A program made the position numbers and the translations under genes. A DNA stretch of 64,000 nucleotides from an uncultured Acidobacteriota bacterium (GTDB taxonomy: Bacteria > Acidobacteriota > Vicinamibacteria > Fen-336), in contig CAVRVE010000002.1 of the NCBI GenBank assembly GCA_963724555.1, positions 77,005-141,004 on the forward strand, written 5' to 3'. The notes beneath the pieces were generated by a model, which was not told the origin of the DNA, searched no databases, and saw nothing but the letters and a program-made list of their open reading frames with translations. Shown in pieces: positions 29,732 through 38,252 of the stretch. Position 1 is the first letter of the stretch; the number at the start of each line of letters is the position of its first letter.

Positions 29732-32700
29732 TTACGGCCGCGCGGTCAGAAGGGCGATCAGGTCGGCCATCTGTCGGACGTCCACGGCCTGCTCGAGGTC
29801 GGCGGGCATCGCGGAGATCGGCGAGACCTGCATGGACTTGATCTCCTCGCGCTTGACCAGGCGCTCGGGCTCGTCGCCGCGCCGCAGCACGAGAGCCGCG
29901 GGGGTCTGGCGAACGACGACGCCCTCGATCGTCTCGCCGCTCGTGGTCTCGACGGCGTACGACTCGTAGCTCTGCGCGATGGCGCGGCTCGGCAGCAGGA
30001 TGTCCGCGAGCAGCAGCGACGGCGCCCGGTTGCGCACCGAGCCGAGGTCCGGGCCGATCTCGCCGCCACGCCCGTCCAAGCGGTGGCAGCGCGCGCACAC
30101 CGAGTCGAAGACGGCTCTCCCGCGCGCCGGATCGCCGGTGAGCCGGAGAGCCGCTTCGTACCGTTTCAGGATCTTCTCGCGCTCCGCGGGCGGCTCTTCG
30201 AGCAGCGGCCGTGCCAGGGCGCGGATCGCGGGGTCGCGGTGCATGATCAGGTCGCGCTTCTGCCAGAAGCTGAGCGCCCAGGCCGGCACGTCGCCGCTCT
30301 GGAGCGCGGCCACCAGCAGCCGCGTGCGGCCGGGATCGGCCAACAGCACCTCCGCGGCCTCGTTGCGCACGGGCGCCCTCAGGGTGCTCCAGCGTTGCAG
30401 CAGGAGCTTCCCGGCAGCGTCGCCGGGGATCCGGCCCAGGGCGCTCACGGCGGCGACCTGCACGTCGTCCGGCTGCCGCGGGTCGATCAGCCGCTCGAAG
30501 AGCGCGGCCCGCGGGCCGGGGTCGAGGATCGCGAGCAGCCGCAGCGCGTCGGCCCGCTCGTCGGGCGCTCGCCCGGCGCTCGCGGCGAGCGCCTCGGCGC
30601 GCGACAGCAGCGCCTTCGTCGCGGCGGGGGGCTCGCCCGAGCCCTTCGCCGACGACGAGGCCGAGAGCCACTGGAGCGCCGAGCGCCGCACGATCGGCGC
30701 GCGGTCGAATGCGAGCGTGAGCAGCGCGTCGCGCCCGCGCGCCGTGAGCGCGAGCCCTCCTCGATCCTGCGCCGCGCGCGCGAGGCCCTCGGCCAGGGCC
30801 GCTCGCCACCAGTCGGCGCTCGCGTCCGTGACCGATGCCAACCGGAGCAGCAGCGCCTCGCTCTGCGGACCAGCCCCCGCGGCGGCGGCGCGCCTCAGGA
30901 AGCCCGCCCGCCCCACGCTCTCTGCCGCGATGAGCGGCGAGCCGGGGGCGAGCGCGGCCTGGAGGTAGGCTTGCGCCCGCTCGGGCGAGGCGCTGAGGGC
31001 CGCAACCTGCACCCACTCGTCGTCGAGGTCGCGGAAGAGCAGCTTCTCCTGGGCGGCGCGCGAGGCCGCGGAGTCCACGCTGCCGAGCGCCGCGAGCAGC
31101 TGGAAGCGGACCTTCGGACTGTCGTCGTCGACGAGGGCGAGCGCCTTCGCCGCGAGCGGGGAGGCGGCTCCCGCCCGCGACAGGCGCGGCTCGCTCAGGA
31201 TGATCGCGTTCTCCCGCACCCCCGGCTCGGGGTCGGCGAGCGCCTTCGCGAGCGTCGCCTCGTCGAGCGCGCCCAGCCCCTCGAGCGTCCAGAGCGCGTG
31301 GAGGCGGGCGAGCGGCTTCGAGCTCTCGGCGAAGAGCTGGAGCAGCAGCGGCACGACCTGGGTGCGGCGGCGCTCGACCAGCAGCCGCTGCGCCGTGCGC
31401 CGCCACCAGCCGTTGTCGTTGGCGAGCGCCGCGACGAGCTCCTCGTCATTCGCCGAGCCGAGCCGCAGCCGCACACGGCTGGCGGACGGCGTGTCCGTCG
31501 GCCAGATCCGCCAGATGCGCCCGCGATCCTGCCCGGCGTACATGTCCTCCTTGTGCTGATGGACGTGGCTCGCGGCCCACTCGGGGTGCTCGATCATCTG
31601 GCGGTAGTAGTCGACGAGGTAGAGCGACGCGTCGGGGCCGATCGTGAGGTAGACCGGGCGGAACCAGCTGTCGGTCGAAGCCAGGAACTCGCGTTCCTCC
31701 TGCGCGCGGCGCGCGACGAACGTCGAGCCTCGCTCCGACCAGAGGTCGCGGTGCACGAGGTTCTGCGCCGGCTCCGCCACGAAGCCCGAGCGCGCGCCGG
31801 GCCGCGAGAAGAGGCCCCCCGTGTCGAATGCCATCCCGCACGCGGACGTGAACTCGCCGGGCTCCGTGAGCAGCTCGAAGCGCGGGTTGCGGGTGATCGC
31901 GTACACCTTCGCGTTGCTGCCGTGGTCGGACACGTTCTGCATCGCGCCGCCTGCAGCGAGGGCGGGATTGCGCTTCAGGTAGCGCGCGGCGATCACCTCG
32001 TGGCGCGCGTGGTTCGAGTTGTCGAGGGTGAGGTAGTGGCCCCACTCGTCGAACGCGTGGCCGAACTGCGAGCGGCCGGAGCGGGCCTCGATCTCGAGCG
32101 TGTCGGGCCGGAAGCGCACGGCGTGTCGGCCCACGGCGAGCTCGGGCGACCCTGCCTTGTCGGGGAAGCGCAGCGGCCCACCGCGATCGCCGAAGAGCTC
32201 GGGGTAGATGACGGCACCCGCGGGCCCCTCGTGCGCGAGATGGATCCAGTTGTCGAGGCCGAAGACGGGAGAGTTGACCGTGTGCTGCGGGTTCGAGAAC
32301 GCGAAGCCGGTCAGCACCTTCTCGCGCTTCTCCGCCTTGCCGTCGCCGTCCGCGTCCTCGAGGTACCAGACGTCGGGCGCCGCGGTGACGAGCACGCCCT
32401 GCCGGTAGCGCATGACCCCGGTGGGAAGCACCAGGCCGTCGGCGAACACGCTGCTGCGCTCGAAGCGGCCGTCGCCGTCGCGATCCTCGAGCAGCCGGAT
32501 GCGGCCCGTGGGCCCGGTGTCGAGCGGGTAGCCCGGCATCTCGACGACGAACATGCGCCCGTCCTCGTCGAAGTCCAGCGCCACCGGCGAAGCCACGCGT
32601 GGCTCGGCGGCCACCAGCTCGATCGAGTAGCCCGCTTCGATCTGGAACGTCTTGCGGGCCTCCTCGGGGGAGTAGGGAGGGATCGCTCGATGGCAGGCCG

Positions 32701-32776
32701 TGGCGAGGGGCAGCACGACGAGCGAGGTGCGCAGCACCCTCCCGAGCCCGGCGCGCAGCTCCCGCGGCAGCTCCAT
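29732..32776 (-). CDS. PVC-type heme-binding (CxxCH) membrane-bound dehydrogenase-domain protein
   Basis: Lipoprotein-like LATAC; beta-propeller (VAAEP, FRPV, GPD); HEAT repeats; CARCH...IGPDL...SAMP. Confidence 0.88.
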   Translation of the reverse strand: MELPRELRAGLGRVLRTSLVVLPLATACHRAIPPYSPEEARKTFQIEAGYSIELVAAEPRVASPVALDFDEDGRMFVVEMPGYPLDTGPTGRIRLLEDRDGDGRFERSSVFADGLVLPTGVMRYRQGVLVTAAPDVWYLEDADGDGKAEKREKVLTGFAFSNPQHTVNSPVFGLDNWIHLAHEGPAGAVIYPELFGDRGGPLRFPDKAGSPELAVGRHAVRFRPDTLEIEARSGRSQFGHAFDEWGHYLTLDNSNHARHEVIAARYLKRNPALAAGGAMQNVSDHGSNAKVYAITRNPRFELLTEPGEFTSACGMAFDTGGLFSRPGARSGFVAEPAQNLVHRDLWSERGSTFVARRAQEEREFLASTDSWFRPVYLTIGPDASLYLVDYYRQMIEHPEWAASHVHQHKEDMYAGQDRGRIWRIWPTDTPSASRVRLRLGSANDEELVAALANDNGWWRRTAQRLLVERRRTQVVPLLLQLFAESSKPLARLHALWTLEGLGALDEATLAKALADPEPGVRENAIILSEPRLSRAGAASPLAAKALALVDDDSPKVRFQLLAALGSVDSAASRAAQEKLLFRDLDDEWVQVAALSASPERAQAYLQAALAPGSPLIAAESVGRAGFLRRAAAAGAGPQSEALLLRLASVTDASADWWRAALAEGLARAAQDRGGLALTARGRDALLTLAFDRAPIVRRSALQWLSASSSAKGSGEPPAATKALLSRAEALAASAGRAPDERADALRLLAILDPGPRAALFERLIDPRQPDDVQVAAVSALGRIPGDAAGKLLLQRWSTLRAPVRNEAAEVLLADPGRTRLLVAALQSGDVPAWALSFWQKRDLIMHRDPAIRALARPLLEEPPAEREKILKRYEAALRLTGDPARGRAVFDSVCARCHRLDGRGGEIGPDLGSVRNRAPSLLLADILLPSRAIAQSYESYAVETTSGETIEGVVVRQTPAALVLRRGDEPERLVKREEIKSMQVSPISAMPADLEQAVDVRQMADLIALLTARP

Positions 32777-32788
32777 GACGCGCTGAGC

Positions 32789-33361
32789 CTACAGGAGTCC
32801 GGCGAGACTCTGGAACATCCGGTAGGTGAGCCCCCAGATCACGAGCTCGTCGATCCGCAGGCAGGGCAGCTCGAGGGCGGACCCCTCGTGGGCGTAGGAG
32901 AACGTCGAGCGCGAGGCGGGATCGAGCAGGCGATCGAGCGGCAGCCAGTGCAGGCTCACCACCTCGAGGCTGGGCGCGCCTTCGAGCCGCTCGCGGAGGC
33001 GGAACACGCGCGGGGCGATCACGAGGTCGACCGGGCGTCCGCGCGCCATCGCCTGGACGTCGTCGAGCGCGCCGAGCCGCTCGCCGTCGCGCGCGAGGTC
33101 GAGCCCGGTCTCCTCGAGCGTCTCCCGCACGGCCGTCGCGTCGTGGGACGCGTCGCCGGGCTCCGCGCGTCCGCCCGGGAAGCCGATCTGGCCGGACCAG
33201 GGATCGCGCTCGTGCTCGGCGCGCCGGATGAAGAGCAGCTCGAGGCCTTCGTGCGCGGCATCGCGAAAGATGAGGGCGACGGCCGCCCGCATCCCGCCCG
33301 CGGCGACGGCCGCCGGCGAGTGCGTGCCGAGCCCCGCGCGCAGCTCGGGCCACCCGATCAT
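32789..33361 (-). CDS. CoA pyrophosphatase-like Nudix hydrolase
   Basis: AAVALI, WSGQIGFPGG, TAVRETLEETG, IWGLT. Confidence 0.85.
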   Translation of the reverse strand: MIGWPELRAGLGTHSPAAVAAGGMRAAVALIFRDAAHEGLELLFIRRAEHERDPWSGQIGFPGGRAEPGDASHDATAVRETLEETGLDLARDGERLGALDDVQAMARGRPVDLVIAPRVFRLRERLEGAPSLEVVSLHWLPLDRLLDPASRSTFSYAHEGSALELPCLRIDELVIWGLTYRMFQSLAGLL

Positions 33362-34000
33362 GGACGGCGGCTCGCGAGCGCGAGCAGGGCACGCGCGTGG
33401 GTCAGCCAGAGGAAGGCCATGTTGGGCGCGAGGCCGCCCGCCAGCAGCAGCGCGTCCACCTCTGCCGGCGCGGCGTAGCGCAGTGCCGCGATCTCCGCCG
33501 CGGGCGGCCGGAAGTCCTCGAGCGGGACGTCCGTGCGCCCGAGATAGCTCGCCACGTGATAGACGACGTTGCGCACGCCGCCCCCGGGAACGAGCCGCAC
33601 GTCGCGCAGGTTCAGCTGGAGCGCCTCGCGCCGGAACACGACTGAGCGCGCCGAGGTCGCCCGTCGCGAGCCGGCGCTCGAAGTCGGCCGCGTCGGCCGC
33701 CAGCTGGACGCGCGCCGAGCCGCCGTCCCCGAACAGCTCCTCGCCCGCCTCGCGCTGCGCGGCCGCGTCGAACCCTTCGCCCGCGTCGACGTGCCCGCCC
33801 ACGGACTTGTCCCAGCGCCCGCCGTTCTCCTTGTCCGCCGGCCGCTGCTGCAGCAGCACCTCGCCGCGGGCGCTCACCAGCAGCAGGTTGATCGCGCCGA
33901 CCGCCAGGCCCGAGCGCTTGGCCTCGTCGCGCGGCATCCCCCCGACGGCGCGCCCCGCCGCGTCGAAGACGGCGACGCGCTCGTCGTGCGGCTCCCCCAT
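33358..34000 (-). CDS. Nudix hydrolase (IDI/YfcD-like); frameshift near 33640
   Basis: LLQQR...WDKSVGGHVDAGE...AAQREAGEEL; continues in the 33358..33639 frame. Confidence 0.75.
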
Positions 34001-34010
34001 GCGGGCGGGC

Positions 34011-34805
34011 TCAGGGCTTGAGGATGCGCAGCTGGCGGTGGGCTCCGCCGGCGATCAGGGCGTAGGCGAGGATGAAGGTCGCGTGCACGAACGGATCGAG
34101 GTGCTCCTCGCCGAGCGACTGGAAGTACGCGAAGCAGATGTCGCCGGCGCACAGGAACACGAAGCCGCTCAGCAGCAGCAGCCACACCTCGCCCGCCTCG
34201 CTGCGCCCGAGCCGCAGCGCCACGCGCAGCAGCAGCACCAGCGGGACCAGCAGCACGAGATCGAGCGCCGGGTAGGCGATCGTCAGGATGCGGTCGAGCA
34301 GCGGGCCGGCCGTCGCGGCGACGGGCCGCAGGATCACGATCGCGATCACCCCCACGCCCGCCAGCAGCAGCGCCCGCTCGGCGGCCGAGCCCATCGGCAG
34401 GCCGGCCTCGCGGTACGCGTTCAGGAACACGAGCAGCGCCGCGATCAGGAACGGGTAGGCGAGCACGTAGAAGATGTCGCCCGGAGTCGGAAACGGCGTC
34501 TCGCCGAGAACGAGCTGGAACGGCGCGAGCGACGCCTGGCCGGCGAACGTCGACAAGAGCCCCAGCGAGAGCAGGAACCAGGCCGGCCGCGCGGGGTTGT
34601 CCGTCTCCAGGCGGTCGCGGCAGGCGAAGGCCCAGATCGACCCCAGGAGCAGCGCCGCGAGCTTGAAGGCGGCCGCGATCGCGAGCATCCGGTGCGCGCT
34701 CAGGACGTCGTTGTAGAGCGCGCTCGCGGGCCAGATCGCCCAGCCCACGTAGAGCAGGACCGCGAGCAGCACGGCCACCCAGGGGAGCTTCGGCGCGCCG
34801 CTCAC
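34011..34805 (-). CDS. Polytopic membrane protein resembling a stand-alone sensor input domain
   Basis: About 8 TMs; AWFLLSLG...PFPTPGDIFYVLAYP...AYPALDLVLL...AGDICF. Confidence 0.7.
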   Translation of the reverse strand: MSGAPKLPWVAVLLAVLLYVGWAIWPASALYNDVLSAHRMLAIAAAFKLAALLLGSIWAFACRDRLETDNPARPAWFLLSLGLLSTFAGQASLAPFQLVLGETPFPTPGDIFYVLAYPFLIAALLVFLNAYREAGLPMGSAAERALLLAGVGVIAIVILRPVAATAGPLLDRILTIAYPALDLVLLVPLVLLLRVALRLGRSEAGEVWLLLLSGFVFLCAGDICFAYFQSLGEEHLDPFVHATFILAYALIAGGAHRQLRILKP

Positions 34806-35054
34806 CGGACGGCTCCCCGTGTGATCGCGTCGCGCACCTCGCCGATCGCGGTCTTCGACTTGTCGCGCCCGAGGAAGATGTTGAGCCCGCCGCCCAGCTT
34901 GCCGAGCAGGCTCTCGAGCTGCTCGGCGCTCACGCGTGCCGTCCGCGATCCCGAGCTTGTGGCAGTGCGCCTCGGTGGCGGAGCGGGCCATGGTCTCGCC
35001 GATGTAGGGCCCGAGCACCTTCACGACCGAGTCGATCGTCTCGCGCGTCGTCAT
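34802..35054 (-). CDS. Small soluble hypothetical protein (about 84 aa); frameshift near 34935
   Basis: MTTRETIDSVVKVLGPYIGETMARSATEAHCHKLG then EQLESLLGKLGGGLNIFLGRDKS; stop overlaps the next GTG. Confidence 0.65.
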
Positions 35055-35177
35055 GCCGTGCCGAAAGGTAAGGAGCCTCCGACGGCTTGTCAAACGGCGC
35101 GCCAGACCCGGCGCGTCGCCCTTGACGCCGGCGCTCCCGCGCACGTAGCGTACGGGTCGTCGGTTCGGGTTTTCCAT

Positions 35178-36617
35178 ATGGACGAACAGCGGTCGCTCGG
35201 GCTGCCCCCGATCGACGACGAGTACCAGGGGCCGTCCTGGTGGCACCTGTCACGGCTCGGCGACGTGCCGCGCAGCCGCGGGATGCGCCGCATCGCGCTG
35301 CTGATGCTCGGGGTGCTGGCCGTCGCGACGCTCACCGGCATCCTGAACGTGACCTGGGACTGGAACGCGCTGCCGCTGCGTCTCGGACCGTTCGAGGTGC
35401 CGGTCACGGTCTACCCCCCGTTCGTGCTGAGCCTGCTCGCCGCGATCTGGATCGGGCCGACCTGGGGGCTGGTGCCGGCCTACGCCGCCAACCTCGCGGG
35501 AGCCCTGGTGGGCGGGCTGCGTCCCGGGACCGCGGTGCTGTTCGCGCTCGCCGGCGCGCTCGAGGTGCTGATCTTCTGGGGCTCGATGGTCACGCTCAAC
35601 ATCAGCCCCGACCTGCGGCGCCGGCGCGACCTGCGCCGCTTCTTCCTGGTGTGCCTGATCGCCCCGATCACGGCGTCGCTCGCGATCCTGCTCTGGACCA
35701 ACGCGCGCGGGCTCGACACCACGGAGGGGCTGCGCGTCTGGCGCGGCTGGGTGATCGGCGACTTCCTGCAGGCGCTGCTGATCGTGGCTCCGCTGCTGCA
35801 CTTCGCGGGACCGCGCGTGCGCGGCTGGATCGACCGCCAGTTCGCGACGTCCCCGCGCTACGAGGTCACCTACACGCGAACGGCCGCGCTCGCCGCGCTG
35901 ACTTTCGGGATGATCGCGGTGCTGGTGTTCGTCGGCATCGCGGAGCTGTCGAGCTCGCTCGAGCTCGACCCGAACGCGCGCACCCGCAGCGGCCAGCTGC
36001 TGGTCGAGCGCCTGGGCGAGATGCAGCTCTACCTCGGCGTGCTCGTCGGCTCGCTCAGCATCGCGGCGTTCGTGTTCTCGACGGTGCTCGCGCGGATGGG
36101 GGAGCGCCAGCGCAGCCTGTCGCGCCGCGAGAGCCTGACCGGCTGCTTCAACCGCCGGGCCTTCTACGAGCTCTTCCCGCGGGAGGTCGAGCGCGCGCGC
36201 CGGCTCGGGCAGGGGGTCGCGCTCGTGTTCCTCGACATCGACCACTTCAAGGCGATCAACGACCGCTACGGCCACGAGACCGGGGACCGCGTGCTGCAGC
36301 AGCTCTCCGCGCGCCTGCGCGGCCTGATCCGCGAGACCGACCTGGTGTTCCGCTGGGGCGGGGAGGAGTTCGTGGTGCTGATGCCGCACACGGGCCCGGG
36401 TGAGGCCCGCGTGCTCGGCGAGCGCATCCGGGCCGCGGTGGCCGAGCGGCCCTTCCCCGCGACCGAGGCGCGCCCGATGGTCGCCGTTACCGTCAGCGTC
36501 GGCGTGGCCGGCACGTCGGACTGGCCGATCGACCCGGACGCGCTGCTCGCGCGCGCCGACGCCGCCTGCTACAAGGCCAAGGCGCGCGGCCGCAACCAGG
36601 TGAGCACGGCGGCATGA
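35178..36617 (+). CDS. Membrane diguanylate cyclase (MASE1-like plus GGDEF)
   Basis: Multi-TM N-terminus (WRGWVIGD); SLTGCFNR, DIDHFK, RETD I-site, RWGGEEF. Confidence 0.9.
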   Translation: MDEQRSLGLPPIDDEYQGPSWWHLSRLGDVPRSRGMRRIALLMLGVLAVATLTGILNVTWDWNALPLRLGPFEVPVTVYPPFVLSLLAAIWIGPTWGLVPAYAANLAGALVGGLRPGTAVLFALAGALEVLIFWGSMVTLNISPDLRRRRDLRRFFLVCLIAPITASLAILLWTNARGLDTTEGLRVWRGWVIGDFLQALLIVAPLLHFAGPRVRGWIDRQFATSPRYEVTYTRTAALAALTFGMIAVLVFVGIAELSSSLELDPNARTRSGQLLVERLGEMQLYLGVLVGSLSIAAFVFSTVLARMGERQRSLSRRESLTGCFNRRAFYELFPREVERARRLGQGVALVFLDIDHFKAINDRYGHETGDRVLQQLSARLRGLIRETDLVFRWGGEEFVVLMPHTGPGEARVLGERIRAAVAERPFPATEARPMVAVTVSVGVAGTSDWPIDPDALLARADAACYKAKARGRNQVSTAA

Positions 36618-36621
36618 CAGC

Positions 36622-36652
36622 GGGGGGTTCGGGGGGTGCTCAAACCCCCCGA
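36622..36652. repeat. G6/C6 REP-like hairpin between convergent genes
   Basis: GGGGGG-T-TCGGGGGGT-GCTCAA-ACCCCCCGA; same architecture as 5207-5234. Confidence 0.55.
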
Positions 36653-36713
36653 GAGCGAGTCCAGGCCGCCCTGCCTCGTTAGTTCGTCCGTCTCGTTCTT
36701 CCGGTTCGTGTCT

Positions 36714-38132
36714 CTACTGGCGACCGGCACCAGCCGCGCGATGCGGTCGGGCACGTTGAACGCCACGTAGACGAGGCCGTCCGGACCGACGACGACGTCG
36801 CGGATGCGCCCGACGCCCTTGAAGAGCACCTCCTGCTTCACGAGCTTGCCCCCGTCGATCCGCAGCCGCCGCAGCTCCTCGGCGGCGAGCGAGGACACGA
36901 GCAGGTCGTTCTTCCAGCGCGGGAAGCGGTCGCCGACGTAGAAGTCGATCGCGCACACCGCGATCGACGGCGTCCAGTAGGTGACCGGCTGCTCCATGCC
37001 CTCTTTGGCGGTCAGATTCGTGATCGGGGTGCCGTCGTAGTTCATGCCGTAGGTGATGACCGGCCAGCCGTAGTTCCTGCCGGGGAGCACCAGGTTGATC
37101 TCGTCGCCGCCCCGCGGGCCGTGCTCCGCGTCGTAGAGCTCGCCGGTCACGGGACTCCGCGCGAGGCCCTGTGGGTTGCGGTGCCCGTAGCTCCAGATCG
37201 TCGGGTAGGCACCCGGAGTCTTGACGAACGGGTTGTCGTCGGGCACGCGGCCGTCGTCGAAGATGCGGTGCACCTTGCCGTTCGGACGCGTGAGGTCCTG
37301 CGCGTCGTCCCGCCGGTCGCGCTCGCCGATCGTGAAGAACAGGTAGCCCTTGCCGTCGAAGACGAAGCGCGAGCCGAAGTGGTTGGGCCCGGTCCGATAC
37401 AGCGCGGCGGGCGGGTCGTAGAGCGTCTGCTGGTCGACGAGGGCTCCGTCCTTGAGCCGACCCCGCATCACGCGCGTCATCGCCGAGCCGTCGGCGCCCG
37501 CGTTCGTGTACGAGAGGTAGATCCAGCCGTTCGTCGCGTAGTCGGGGTGCGGCGCCACGTCGAGCAGGCCGCCCTGGCCTTCCGACCAGACCTTCGGCAC
37601 GCCCGCCACCGGCTCCGGCAGCAGCTTGCCCTTGTCGACGATCCGCAGCCGGCCGGCCTTTTCGGTGACCAGCATCCGCCCGTCGGGCAGGAACGCGATC
37701 GACCAGGGCGTCTCGAGCCCCTCCGTCACCAGCTCGAGCCGGAACTTGTGCTCCTCGCTCGTGACGACCGCGTCGCCGAGCGGCTTGGCGAACGTCGTCT
37801 TCGAGCGCCGCGCGCTGTCGGCCCTCTCGCGGATGAAGATGACCATGGCGCGCACCGCCTGGTCGTCGAGCATCGCGGCGAAAGGCGGCATGCCGTCCTT
37901 CGGGTGCCCGTCGCGGATCGAGGTTGCGAGGCTCGCGTCGTCGCCGCCGTACTTCCACTCGTCGTCGAGCAGGCTCTTCGCCTGCCCGCCCTGGAGCTCG
38001 GCGCCGTGGCAGGCCGCGCACTTCTGCGCGAACGACGTCGGCCACCTGGCCCTGCCGCTCCGTCTGGGCCGCGGCCAGCGTGGCGAGCGTCAGCAGGCCT
38101 GCCGTGAGTGCGAGCGTCTTCCTCTTCTCCAA
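36714..38132 (-). CDS. PQQ-dependent sugar dehydrogenase (Asd/YliI-like) with N-terminal cytochrome c; frameshift near 38040, 3' end uncertain
   Basis: Signal peptide; CAACH...GMPPF; GQGGLLD, HFGSR, YGHRNPQG, EHGPRGGDEIN, NYGWP. Confidence 0.85.
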   Translation of the reverse strand: MEKRKTLALTAGLLTLATLAAAQTERQGQVADVVRAEVRGLPRRRAPGRAGEEPARRRVEVRRRRREPRNLDPRRAPEGRHAAFRRDARRPGGARHGHLHPREGRQRAALEDDVRQAARRRGRHERGAQVPARAGDGGARDALVDRVPARRADAGHRKGRPAADRRQGQAAAGAGGGRAEGLVGRPGRPARRGAAPRLRDERLDLPLVHERGRRRLGDDARDAGSAQGRSPRRPADALRPARRAVSDRAQPLRLALRLRRQGLPVLHDRRARPAGRRAGPHASERQGAPHLRRRPRARRQPVRQDSGCLPDDLELRAPQPTGPRAESRDRRALRRGARPAGRRRDQPGAPRQELRLAGHHLRHELRRHPDHESDRQRGHGAAGHLLDAVDRGVRDRLLRRRPLPALEERPARVLARRRGAAAAADRRGQAREAGGALQGRRAHPRRRRRSGRPRLRGVQRARPHRAAGAGRQ

Positions 38133-38252
38133 GCGCGCCCCTCCTCTTCGGCCGCGCGGCGCGGCCCGTGGCTCGGACCGCCGTCGCGGACGAAACGCCA
38201 GAGCATACCCGCGTCGCGGCCCCGCGTGTCGAAGCGCTTATCATGACGGCGC

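Noticed and set aside
32789-34000. Apparent double-Nudix fusion (403 aa)
   Set aside because: The middle segment is out of frame; the first gene ends at 33358, overlapping the second start
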